From: Chiloscyllium plagiosum
Lineage: Eukaryota
Direction: 5' to 3'
Assembly (NCBI RefSeq): GCF_004010195.1
Contig: NC_057755.1
Span: 3,681,462-3,745,461 of the forward strand
DNA length: 64,000 bases
The notes under the pieces were generated by a model, which worked only from the letters and a program-made list of their open reading frames with translations, was not told the origin of the DNA and did no database searches. Shown here in pieces: positions 50,827 to 63,191 of this stretch (position 1 is its first letter; each line of letters begins with the position of its first letter). A program made the position numbers and the translations under genes.

Positions 50827-51549
50827 ATCACTTGTGTTTGTAGTGTTATCTATGTGCTGGCCTGTTTGACCATTGATTGCTCTGTCTGGTTCACTGCTGT
50901 CTTTACGTTTGATCGATTTGTTGCCATTTGTTTTCATCAGACGAAATCTCAGTATTGCACAGAGAAAACTGCAATCGGGATTCTAGCAACAATCTGCATT
51001 TTCTTTTCTATAAAGAACATTCCCAGCTACTTCCGATTTAAATCTAGAATGATCAGCAACAATATTCCATGGTATTGTTACAGCAAGTCCAATTATTATT
51101 ATGGCCGTCGGTGGGCAAGTTTTACATATTTGGAATAGATTTTTACACCAATGTTACCATTCACTTTTATTCTCCTTCTCAACATTCTGGCTATCAGATA
51201 TATCTTTGAGGCCATTAAAATGTGTGAAGGACTGACGGGTCAGAGAAAAACAGAGAATGACCCAGAGATAGAGAGCAGAAAGAAATCTGTAATTTTACTA
51301 TTTGCCATATCTGCCTCCTTCATACTTCTCTGGTTGATGTATATTTTACTTATTTTTCAAGTTGCTTATCATTTGAATTCTGTTGCATTTGGTCTCTTTG
51401 AACTAATCGCATTTATGCTGCGGAAACTAAGTTGCTGCACAAATGGTTTTATTTACGTGGTGACGCAGAAACATTTCAGAGACCAGTCAAAATATGCTGT
51501 GAAATGTCCAGTTATAAAAGTAATTCAATTGATGAATAAATCCAAGTAA
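50827..51549 (+). pseudogene. GPR139-like GPCR exon 2, TM3 to C-terminus (unit 6); 5' part lies in the gap; one in-frame stop
   Basis: ITCVCSVIYVLACLTIDCSVWFTAVFTFDRFVAICF...TYLE* (TAG 51136-51138), then the same frame continues PFTFILLLNILAIRYIF...ESRKKSVILLFAISASFILLW...LSCCTNGFIYVVTQKHFRDQ...MNKSK*. Confidence 0.9.
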
Positions 51550-51709
51550 CTCAGAACCAACATGAGATGCGGCAGATAATGGAATGACGAGTCCACGTGG
51601 GGAATGGACTGAAAGGAGAGGGAGGAGTTGCAACATGACAACCATCCTTTTCTAATAGGCAAGGAATGACTCGATCTGAGGATAACCATGATGCGGAGGA
51701 GCAGGAGTT

Positions 51710-52440
51710 GGACTGGGTGGATGAAGTTAAAAATCACACAACCTCTGCTTATAGCCGAACTGGTTTATTTGGAAGCATTAGCTTTCGGAGCGCTTCTCCT
51801 TCATCAGATGTTTGTGAAACAGGACCATTAGATACAGAATTGATAGCAAAAGATTACAGTGTCATACAAGTAAAACTATATATTTAACAGACCTCAATTG
51901 TTGTTAAGTCTTTCATCTTGTGGAATGGGTTACAGGTTTTGGTTCATTGACATGTAAATCCCAGAACTCTATTATCTGTCTCATTCTTGGACAAATGCAT
52001 CTCCATCAAGGATGCGCAGCTCAGCACTTCACTCTATTGCAAACGCACGGATAAACACACGATGCTACACTTTGCTAGCTTCCATCCTAAATATATTAAA
52101 ACAGCCATTCCCCACAGACAAGCGTACACAGGATCTGTTCAGATGAGGAGGAACATAACTGGCACTTGGAAGTACTCAAGGATGCTGATAAGAACGGGGT
52201 ACGATCCTCAGCCCATCAGTCGCCAGTTCTGACATGCCACACCTCAATGAACTCCTCAGAAGATAGACATGGGCTGCGATCGATAAGGTACCCTTTGTTT
52301 TCTAGCACTTCCCGGGAAAATCTGTGTCTTATGGTCATGCTTCACAACCACCTGATGAAGGAATAGCACTCCAAAAGCTAATATTTCCAATTAAACGTGT
52401 TGAACAATAACCTGTTGTGCTATTTTTAACTTTGTTCATT
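51710..52440 (+). mobile_element. Penelope-like (Neptune-type) fragment flanked by inverted pLTRs
   Basis: FLDKCISIKDAQLSTSLYCKRTDKHTMLHFASFHPKYIKTAIP (RT thumb); 51720-51815 is inverted relative to 52340-52438. Confidence 0.85.
51776..51810 (-). ncRNA. Minimal hammerhead ribozyme motif
   Basis: cat-CTGATGA-a-GGAG aagcg CTCC-GAAA-GC-TA-atg: intact core, palindromic AGCT stem III, CUA triplet. Confidence 0.75.
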
Positions 52441-53149
52441 TGAGGAGCTGAATGAAAGGATCAAAGCTAGTGTATGGTGCAGTCAGCAATAAGTTAGTAG
52501 AAAGCTGAACAACAAAAGCAAATCAGAAGGACGAATTAGTCACGGATGAAAACAAAGATCATCCCAAGCAAGCAGTTGTCAACTAATGAACAGGACATGA
52601 ATAACAATGAGCTGGAGGAAGGGACCATCGTTCACTGCAGGCACAGAGTGGGAGAAACAATGACAGGCTCCTGACCACTCTTCCTTGATTCATGCATCTG
52701 AACAAATGGACAAAAGAAATGAGAAAATGAGAATATTATAAAGATTAAATAATGTGCTGTAAAAATTCTGCCTTTTGATTAGAAATGCATTTACAGTAAT
52801 ACTTGTATCCATTCAGCTCCCCCGCGGTCTGATGCTGACATCACTCGCTTTCTTTGTTCCTTTTCTTTTGCACCAATCAGCTGCTGTGTTGATGGGGAAT
52901 CCAAGGCCCAATCAGAGGGCTCGGTGACAGACGTGCTCCACATCCTGGGAATGGGTTTGAATGTGGCAGATAAGCCATTGTCCTCAGTGTTTCTATGAAT
53001 ATGTTTTGTGATTCTCACTGACTCTATCAAGCTCAGCAGGAAGTGACTCTGGAAAAACCCTGTTTCCTTTGTGGTGTCACACCGAAGGGTGTGGTCATTT
53101 CAAAAAGATATTTGCGTCATCATAAAGAATTGTTTCATTTTTGCAAAAC

Positions 53150-54155
53150 AGCTCCCACATCCATTCCGGCTCCTCACCTTCCTACTGAGGTCTTTGTCAC
53201 CAGCATGGACCATATCCCCACCTTCCTACTGAGGTCTTTGCAACCGACATGGACCACGTACCCACCTTCCTGCTGAGGTCTTTCTCACCAACATGGACCG
53301 CATCCCCACGTTTCTACTGAGGTGCTTGCAAACAGCATGAACCACATCCCCATCTTCCGACTGAGGTCTTTATCACCAACAGGGATCACATCCCCACCTT
53401 CAAACTGAGGTTTTTGTAACCAACATGGACCACATCCCCACATTCCTGCTGAGGTCTTTGTCACCAACATGGAACACATCCACACCTTTCTACTGAGGCG
53501 CTTGCAACCAACATGAATCACATCCCCACCTTCCTACTGAGGTGTTTATAACCAACATGGATCATATCCCCACCTTCCTACTGAGGTCATTGTAAACAAC
53601 ACAGACAACATCCGCACCTTCCTACTGAGGTCTTTGTATCCAACATGGACCATATCCCCACCTTCCTATTGAGGTCTTTGTACCCAACATGGACCACATC
53701 CCCATCTTCCTACTGCGGTCTTTGATACCAACACGGACCACATCCTCACCTTCCTACTGCTCTCGTTGTACCCAACATGGACGATATCCCCACCTTCCTA
53801 CTGAAGTCTTTGTACCCAACATGTACCACATCCCCCCCTTCCTACTGAGGTCTTTGTAAACAACATGGACCACATCCCCACCTTCCTACTGCTGACTTTG
53901 CACCCAACATGAACCATATCCCCACCTTCCTACTGATGTCTTTGATACCAACACGGACCACATCCTCACCTTCCTACTGCTCTCTTCGTACCCAATATGG
54001 GCATTATCCCCACCTTCCTATTGAGGTCTGTACCCAACATGTACCGTATCCCCATAAACCTACTGTAGTCTTTGATACCAACATGGACCACATCCCCACT
54101 TCCTACTGCTGTCTTTGTACCCAACATGGACCACATCCCTACCTTACTATTGAAG
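53150..54155 (+). repeat. 44-nt minisatellite, ~23 copies
   Basis: Unit ccaacatggaccacatccccaccttcctactgaggtctttgtac; period 44 (53641 to 53685). Confidence 0.95.
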
Positions 54156-54794
54156 TCACTATAGAAGGGCTGTTGTATTGTCTCAGCAATTAAAATCAAG
54201 GACCCCGTGTGTTCCCTCAGAGTAATCTGAACACTCTCACTATTGAAAGAAAAACTGTGGAAATATCGCTGCTGTCTTGTATCCAGCAATTCTTCCTCAC
54301 AATGCAGCACTTACATAAATGAAAAATGACCTGGTTTTGATGATATTATTGTCTGTGGAAGCTTGGTCTTTGTAATGTAGTTGCCATTTACCTACTTGCA
54401 ATAGGGACCACATTTCACTGTCTGTATACACTTCATATTCTGTAAATCTATTTGAGATGCATGAAAGGATGTGGATTTACAGACGTACATATACTCTGGA
54501 AGGCGTTTCTCGACTTTTGTGATTAAATAACATGGGTGGAAATGCAACGTAGTTTGAATTCAGGTTGATGTGATGTCTTCTTTTCATGGGTTACTAAGTG
54601 TATGTGGAACGTATCCTTTTAGATGACAATGGTCTCTTTATTTATGGAAGTTTACTGCTACAGTGCTTTGGTCTGGAGCCTAAGCAGCAACAACATCTGA
54701 GAGAAGCTCAAACTGAGACTGAAAGTTAGTATCCAAACTTAACCCTAAACTTTGGATAAAAGCAAACTACTGCTGATGGTGGAATCTGGTCCCG

Positions 54795-55480
54795 GACCTT
54801 CCCGTGGCTTGCCACTTCAACACACAATCCTGCTCTCCTGCCCACATGTCTGTCGTTGGCCGGCTACAATGTTCCAGTGAAGCTCAATGGAAATCGGAGG
54901 AACAACATCTCATCTTCCGACTAGGCACGTTACAGCCTGCCGGTCTTAACACTGAATTCAACAACTTCAGATGATTATCGCATCTCGACCCCTCTGCTTT
55001 CATTCTGCTCCGTAATTTTATTTCATGTATTTTATTTATCATTTTTATATATTTTTAATATTTTTGACTATTCTGTACCTCTTATTTCTTGATTGTCTCT
55101 CTTTCTCTCGTTCCCCACTCTTTCATCACCTTTTTACTCTCCTCTTCCCCGTTTGCTACCCTTCTCCTCTGTTTTCCACTTTGCCTCTGCTTCACCCATT
55201 CCCACCATCCCCCACATATTTACTGCCTTCAGCCTTGGTCATTCACAGCTCCGAATCTCCTTATTATCCCTTCATGCACTGTCACTATCACCTCTTTGTT
55301 GATGCATTTGATTCTGGAGCCATGACTCACCTTCTCTCAGCCTATTATAACTACCTCCCTATCTCTCCCCCTTTTTTATCTTTGACAAAGTGTCAGTTCG
55401 ATTCGAAACGTCAGGTTTTTTACCTCCTTGCAGATGCTGCCAGAGCTGCTGAGATTTTCCAGCATTTTCTCCTTTGGTTT
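54795..55480 (+). mobile_element. Penelope-like element 3' end (GIY-YIG C-terminus plus pyrimidine-rich pLTR)
   Basis: LPVACHFNTQSCSPAHMSVVGRLQCSSEAQWKSEEQHLIFRLGTLQPAGLNTEFNNFR*; decayed ...cgaaacgtc motif near 55405. Confidence 0.85.
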
Positions 55481-55524
55481 TAAACCCAAACCTTGTTGGG
55501 GCAGATCCAGGAGCGAGCAACAAT

Positions 55525-56955
55525 TTGATGTTAGATAGTGAACATGGTTTCGTCAAGGGCAGGTAATATCTCACAAACCTTATTGAGCTTTTTTTAGAAG
55601 ATGACCAAACATGTAGATGAAGGTAGGGCAGTTGACATAGTGTACATGGACTTCAGTAAAGCTTTTGATAAGGTTCCACGTGGTAGGCTGTTGGAAAAAA
55701 TGCAGAGGCATGGGATTGAGGGTGATTTAGCAGTTTGGATTAGAAACTGGCTTTCTTAAAGAAGGCAGCGAGTGGTGGTTCATGGAAAATATTCAGCCTG
55801 GAGCCTAGTTACTAGTGGTGTGCCTCAAGGATCTGTTTGTCATTTTTATAAATGACTTAGACACAGGCATATGTGGATGGGTTAGTAAGTTTGCAGATGG
55901 CACTGAAGTCGGTGCAGTAGTGGACAGTTTGGAAGAATGTTCCAGGTTGCAGGGGAACTTGGATAAACTGCAGAATTGGGCTGAGAGTTGAAAAATGGAG
56001 TTCAATGCAGCTAAATGTGAGGTGATGCACTTTGGAAAGAATAACAGGAAGGCAGAGAACTCGGTCAATGGAAAGACTCTTCGTAGTGTGGATGTGCAGA
56101 GGGATCTTGGTGTCCATGTACATAGATCCCTGAAGGTTTCCACCCAGGTAGATAGTGCTGTTAAGAAAGCATTTGGTGTGTTAGGTTTTATTAAATGTGA
56201 GGTGATGCACTTTGGAAAGAATAACAGGAAGGCAGAGAACTCGGTCAATGGAAAGACTCTTCGTAGTGTGGATGTGCAGAGGGATCTTGGTGTCCATGTA
56301 CATAGATCACTAAAGGATTCCACCCAGGTAGATAGTGCTGTTAAGAAGGCATTTGGTGTGTTAGGTTTTATTGACAGAGGGATTGAGTTCTGGAGCCACG
56401 ATGTCATGCTGCAACTGCACAAAATGTTAGTGCGGCCACCCTCAGAATGTTGTTTACAGTTCTCGTCGCCCCATTACAGGAAGGATGTGGCAGCATTGTA
56501 AAAGATGCAGAGGAGATTTACCAGGATGTTGCCTGGTCTAGAGGGAAGGTCTTATGAGGAAAGGCTTGGGTGTGTTCTCTTTGGAAAGAAGAAGGCTAAG
56601 AGGGGATTTGATTGAGACAGAAATGATGATCAGAGGATTAGGTAGGGTAGACAGCGAAAGTCTTTTTCCGAGGATTATTATATAGGCTTGAATGAGGGGG
56701 CATAACTACAAATTGAGGGTGATAGATTTAAGACAGATGTCAGAGGCAGACTCTTCACTCAGAGAGTGTTAAGGGCATAAAATGCCCTGCCTGTCAATAT
56801 AGTTAACTCAGCCGCTTCAGGGACATTTAAACATTCCTTAGATAAGTGCATGGATAATGATGGGGCAGTGTAGGGGATGAGTTTCGATTAGATCATAGTT
56901 CGGTGTAACATCGAGGGCTGAAGGGCCTGTTCTGCTCTGTTTTGTTCTATGTTCT
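55525..56955 (+). mobile_element. CR1/HER1 RT plus 3' end, with an internal 180-nt tandem duplication
   Basis: DIVYMDFSKAFDKVP, SGVPQGS, MEFNAAKCEVMHFGK; duplicated 56012-56191/56192-56371. Confidence 0.95.
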
Positions 56956-58569
56956 AAGCAGCTAGAGACATGGTGAGAAAGACAGACAGAAAGAGAGAGA
57001 GGGAGAATTTGGCCTGTGAGCAAGGACACCAGACAGATAAGGTGCTTGGACTGAGATAAAGGGAGAAATCACAATGTGGACACTGATCATAGATTAAAGA
57101 TAAACTGGAGTCTGAGTCTGGGATAATGAAACCAAGTGGATAGCAATTGGAACTTCATGATAGATATTCATGATCTATCCTCAAAGCATCAATGTTGAAT
57201 CAATGAAAGCTCAAGATGAACTACTCACGAGACAAGGCAATGAAATTGAGCCTGCTTTTGGAATTGTGAAAGAGAATATGGAAAGATGGAAAATAACCTT
57301 GTGTTCGGGGTAAAAAAGAAGATGGCGGTAAGCTTCTATGTTTCTTATTTAACAAAGAGAAGAGAAAATGTTCCATGTTGAGTAAGAATCTTCGATTTGA
57401 CTGAGAGGCAAGTCGAACCAGAAACATCCAATACACGGTGGAGGCATTTGACTGATTAAAGTGAATGAAGTTTTGGGAAGGCCAGTGCAGATGTGAGTCT
57501 TTTACTTCACCACTGGAAGGTACTTCACAGTACCCAAGCACAATGGCAGTGAGGTGGGAGTTCACTTACAGCAAAGAGTGAACATGATGAGACAAAAATA
57601 ACACAGTATCTGAATCGATTCCACAATTACACATTCTTATTCATCCTGGGCAATACCACATTCAGGCAATCCCAGGAAATAAATCTGCCCTGAATAATGG
57701 GGGCGGGGTGGGGAGAATATTTCCTGACACTGGAAATGTCATTCTCTATTTAAGTGTTCCTGTAATTTCCCCTGTCGCGACTGTGAACTGCGTCTGCAGG
57801 AAGAGTTACAAGAGAGATTGTAGACTTTAAAATCCACTTACAACTTCATCCAATTGAATAACAAATCTCGAGATTGGGATGAAACGCTTCTTTTAAATCT
57901 GATGAGAAGTATTGGGAACATGACCACACACTTGACCACATAGTTAGCATTGGGTTTGAGATCCTTGGTGACATTGGTGGAATTGAGGGCAATGATGATG
58001 CGAAGCAGGTCATCATCTGTGTACCACCAACAATGCCCTTCCCTCTAAGGCTCATCATCAGATTTCTCTCCCACCCTAATCTCTCACATCGAGCTCCACC
58101 TCAATCAAACCCTCTCCACCTCAATTTCTGCTTCATCTTTCTCCCTCTCACGTGCTCTGTAATTGGATTGATCCTCTCCTTAAGTTAATGCCATGTCAGT
58201 TCTCCAAAGTACATTTTTTTACCACATGTGATTCTCTTCAATGGTAAGTGTATCACGATTGGCTAGGTCAGAGGAATACAGTGACATTTGGAATTAAAGT
58301 TTTTTTTCCCCTGTTAAGAAACAGTTCCGCATGTCTTGCCAATTTAAATAAATTTTAAATGTCCTCAGAATAAATATCTAGAGCATTAGTTCCACATTTC
58401 ACCCAAATGCCCAGTCATTACATGAGGAAAAAATTTAGATGAACCTTTCCAAACTCATCATCTTCTGTCTAATCACTTCGCTGATGGTCTTTTCATATTA
58501 TTTGAAAAGTGCAGCAGTTTTGATTTCTCCTTCCCTGTGTTTACTCATGCAGCTTCTTGCCTCAGACAA

Positions 58570-61500
58570 AGCCAAGTTACAAACCTCGGCTCGAGGGAGG
58601 AGCGAAGGACTTCTGGGAAGGTGAATACAACCGCTTAAAAGACTCACTTCAGGCGTGGGGGCTTCCACTTGCCGAGAGTTGCGAGGGAGGAGCGAAGGAC
58701 TTCTGGGAAGGTTTTTAAGTCGTTAAGATTATGGACGTTAGGGCAGTTGCATGTTCCTCCTGAAGAATGTGGCAGGTGATAGACACTTCACATGTCTCTG
58801 CCGACTACATCTGCAGGAAGTGCACCTAACTCCAGCTCCTGAAAATCGAGTTAGCGAACTGGACCTGGATTAACTTTGAATCATCCGGGAGGCCGAGGGG
58901 TTAATTGAGAAGATATACAGGGAGGTGGTCACTCCCCAGTCACAGGATAAGGACAGCTGGGTGACTGTCGGGGGAAGAAAGGGAAGCGACTGTCAGAGCA
59001 GGGATCCCCTGTGGCCGTTCCCTTCAGCAATAAGTATACCATTTTGGATACTGCTGGTGGGGACGGCCTACCAGGGGTGAGCCACAGTTGTCAGGTCTCT
59101 GGCACTGAGCCTGGCATTGTGGCTCAGGAGGGAAGGGGGCGAATAGAAAAGTGCTAGTGGTAGGGGACTCAATAGTTAGATGTATTAACAGGAAAATGTG
59201 TGGTCAGGAACGGGACTTCTGGAAGATATGTTGCCTCCCTGGTGCCAGGGTCCATGATGTTGCGGATCGGGTTTGCAAGATTCTGAAGGGGAAGGGGGAG
59301 GGGGAGCAGCCAGAAATCGTGGTACATATTGGCACCAATGATATAGCCAGGAAAGGGATTGAGGATCTGAAAAGTGACTACAGACAGTTAGGTTGGATGC
59401 TGTAGAGCAGGACCAATTGAGCAGTGATTTCAGGTTTGCTACCGATACCGATAGTGAGATGAGGAACAGTCAGCAAATGCAGCTTAACATATGGCTGTGA
59501 GGCAGGAGCAGGAGGGAGGGCTTCAGATACCTAGACCATTGGGATATCTTCGGGAGGGCTTCAGATACCTAGACCATTGGGATATCTTCTGCGGAATGTA
59601 GAACGTATACATGAAGGATCGGTTGCACCTGATCTGGAGGCGTACAAATGCCCGGGTGGGAGATTTGCTCCTGTGATTCGAGAGGGTATAAACTAATTTA
59701 GCAGGGGGGGGGGGGGAATCAGAGCCACATGTCTGAGAGATGGTCAGTTGCAGACGTGACAATGACAGGATATCTTGAATCTAAAAGGAAGGTTTCTCAC
59801 ACGATGAAACAAAGGGATCTGTTAAAGTGTGTCTGCATTAATGCAAGGAGTGTCCGAAATAAGAGTGATGAACTTAGAGCATGGATCAGTACTTGAGACT
59901 ACGATGCTGTGGCCATAACGGAGACATTGGTTTCACTTGGGCAGGAATGGTTGCTTGATGTTCCATTGTTTAGAACGTTTAAAAAGAACATGGAGGGTGG
60001 AAAAAGAGGAGGGGGTGTAGCATTGCTAAGCAGAGTGTGCATCACGGTTACAGAATCAAAGGTTGTTGAGGAAGGTACGTCAACTGAGTCAGTATGGGTG
60101 GAAGTTATGAACAGCAAGGGCACAGCCACGGCATTGGGGGTTTTCTACAGATCACCTAATAGGAGTAGAGAGATTGAAGATCTCAGGTGGGCAGATTCTG
60201 GAAAAATGTCAAGTAGCAGGGTTGTTGTTATGAGAGATTTCAACTTTCCCAATATCGATTGCAACCTCCTAAGTACAGATGGTTTAGATGAAGCCAATTT
60301 TGTAATGTGTGTTTCCTTACTCAGTATGTCGACAGACCAATGAGGGGAGAGGCCATTTTGGATATGGTGCTTGGTAACGAGCCAGGACAGGTGTCAGATC
60401 TCGCGGTGGGAAAGCACTTTGGTGACAGTGATCACAACTGCCTCACATTTAGAGTAGCCTTGGAAAGCGAAAGGAGCAATTACTGAGGGAAGATATTTAA
60501 GTGGGGTAAAGGAAATGATGACGCTCTCAGACAGGAGTTGGGAAGTACAGCCAGGGAGCAACTGCTCCACAGAAAGGGCACAGCAGATATGTGGAGATTA
60601 TTTAAGGAGCAGTTGTTGCCAGTGATACACAAAATTGTTCCTCTGAAGCAGGTAAGAAGAGATAAGATTAAGGAACCTTGGATGACGAGAACAGAGGAAC
60701 GTCTCGTCAAAAGGAAGAAGGCAGCTTATGTAAGGTGGAGGAAGCAAGGATCTAGCACAGTTTTAGAGGATTACAGGCTTGCTAGAAAGGAACTCAGAAA
60801 TTGACTAAGGAAAGCCAGGAAGGGGCACGTAAAAGGCTTGGCAAGACGGATTAGGGAGAACCCAAAGGTCTTTTATTCATACGTAAGGAATAAGAGAATG
60901 CTCAGGGAGAAGGTAGGGCCGATCAGGGATAGCGGAGCGAACTTGTGCATGGAGTCGGAGCAGATAGGGGAAGCCCTAAATGAGTTTTTTGCCTCAGTTT
61001 TCATCAAGGAAAGGTAACTTGCAATAAATGAAAACTTAGAGGAGCTGGGATACAGTCTTGATCAGATCAAGATTGATGAAGTGGATGTGCTAGAAACTTT
61101 GGAAACATTAAGATTGACAAGTCCTCAGGGCAAGATCAAATTAATCCTAGGCTGCTCTGGGAAGTGAGAAAGCATGTTGCTAAGCCGCTGGTGAGAATAT
61201 TTGCTTCCTTACTCTCCACAGGAGTCATACCGGAGTATTGGAAGGAGGCGAATGTTGTTCCTCTTTTCAATAAGGGTAATAGGGAAATTTCTGGCAATTA
61301 CAGATTGGTCGGTCTTACGTCTGTGGACAGCAAAGTTTTGGAAAGAATTCTGAGGGATAGGATTTATAACTATTTGGCAAAGCATTGTGTGATTAAATGC
61401 AGTCAGCATGGCTTTGTGAGGGGCAGGTGAAGCCTCAGAAATCTTATTGAGTTCTTTGAGATGTCAAGATAGGTCAACGATGGAAGAGCAGTGGATGTGG

Positions 61501-62745
61501 TGTATATGGATTTCAGCAAGGCATTTGATAAAGTTCCCCATGATAGGCTCATTCATAAAGTCTGGAAGTATGGGATAAAGGGAGATTTGGCTATCTGGAC
61601 ACAGAATTGGCTGGCTGACAGAAGGTAGAGAGTGGTTGTAGATGGAAAGTATACTGCCTGGAAGGCAGTGTTGAGTGGGGTTCCGCGGGTCTCTGGACTT
61701 GGGCCTCTGCTGTTTGTCATTTTTAAAAATGACTTGGATGTGGAGGTGGGTTAGTAAATTTGCAGATAACACAAAGGTTGGAGATGTCGTCGATAGTATA
61801 GAGGGCTACTGCAGGCTACCACGTGACATAGGCAGAATGCAGAGCTGGGTTGAGAAATGGCAGATGGAGTTCAATCTGGATAAATGCGAAGTAAAGCATT
61901 TTGGAAGGTCTAACTCGAAAGCTGAATATAGGATTAATGGCAGGATTCTTGGTAGAGTGGAGGAACAGAGGGATCTGTGTGTGCAAGTACATAGATCCCT
62001 CAAAGTTGCCAGCCAAGTGGATAGCATTGTTAATAAAGCATATTAAGTGTTTTGGCTTTCATGAACAGGGGATAGAGTTTAAGAGCCATGAGGGTTTGCT
62101 GCAGCTCTACAAATCCCTGGTGATGCCTCACTTGGAATATTGTGCCCAGTTCTGGTCGCCCTACTTTAGGAAGGCTACAGATGCTAAGTGGATAGCATTG
62201 TTAATAAAGCATATTAAGTGTTTTGGCTTTCATGAACAGGGGATAGAGTTTAAGAGCCATGAGGGTTTGCTGCAGCTCTACAAATCCCTGGTGAGGCCTC
62301 ACTTGGAATATTGTGCCCAGTTCTGGTCGCCCTACTATAGGAAGGATACAGAGGCTTTGGAGAGGGTGCAAAGAAGGCTTACCAGGAGATGCCTTAACTG
62401 GAGGGCTTGCCTCATGAAGAAAGGTTGAATAGGCTCGAACGTTTCTCTCTGGAGAGAAGGAACAAGAGAGGAGACAATATGGAGGTCAAAAGCCAGAGAC
62501 TTTTCCCCAGGGCAGGATTGACTGATACGAGAAGTCATAGTTTGAAGATATTAGGAGGAAGATATAAAGAAGACGTCAGAGGTAGTTTTTTTTTTAACAG
62601 AGAGTTGTGAATGCATAGAATGCGTTACCAGCGCTGGTAGTGGAAGCAGAGTCATTGGGGACATATACGCGACTGCTGGACATGCACATGGATAGCAGTG
62701 AGTTGAGGGGTGCGTAGGTTGTTACTATATTTTACATTAGGATTA
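58570..62745 (+). mobile_element. Near full-length CR1/HER1 LINE (ORF1 zinc finger + SGNH esterase; ORF2 APE + RT), disabled
   Basis: VVGDSIVR...CCLPGARVHDV...VVHIGTNDI; NARSVRNK, AITET, DFNFPNID, SDHNCL; WKEANVVPLF, KFADNTKVG. Stops and frameshifts; internal duplications 59514-59589 (38 nt x2) and 62015-62356 (171 nt x2). Confidence 0.96.
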
Positions 62746-63124
62746 ACTGAATAGCCTCAGCGAAATGAAGGGAATCACTGAAAAGAATATCAGATGATGT
62801 TTAGACATTAATGGGACTGATAGTGAGTGAAATAATGTAAGTTTTGATCTTTGGAGACAAGTTATAATTAACATTTGAGACCCGAGAGGATCAGATTAAG
62901 CCAATCTTTGGGGTATTCAAACATGTCCTTAAATGTCAATGATGTTACATCATTAAAATAAACCTGATGTCATCATCCATTTGTTTGAAATGATTAAAAA
63001 ATAAAGAATGATCACAGTATCCCACTGGAGTTACCACACAACATAAAATGATATCCCTGGAACTATGTCAATTTCATTAGGTTGCCAGCAGAAGGAAGGA
63101 AGGGCTTGTTCAACAAACAAGAAA

Positions 63125-63191
63125 ATGCATTATGCTAAGCTAGTTTTTGCTAAAGTGTTCTACACGATCCTTGTAATGATTGGTATTCCCG
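63125..63191 (+). CDS. Coding exon 1 of GPR139-like GPCR (unit 7); exon 2 expected right of the window
   Basis: MHYAKLVFAKVFYTILVMIGIP-G|GTAAG (63192-63196); flanks are homologous to those of unit 4 exon 1. Confidence 0.8.

Noticed and set aside
50272..50937. Long ORFs of 221 and 176 aa
   Set aside because: Artefacts of translating through the N gap.
50827..51549. Assigning the symbol GPR139 or calling these olfactory receptors
   Set aside because: They are multi-copy divergent paralogues with untested orthology, and OR motifs (MAYDRYVAIC, PMLNPFIY) are absent.
53150..54155. CRISPR-like regular repeat array
   Set aside because: The units are contiguous with no unique spacers, there are no cas genes, and the context is vertebrate. 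It is a minisatellite.
55025..55483. Hydrophobic 152-aa ORF resembling a membrane protein (similarly 6428-6781, 26000-26449 N-terminal part, 32901-33412)
   Set aside because: Translation of pyrimidine-rich low-complexity or pLTR sequence.
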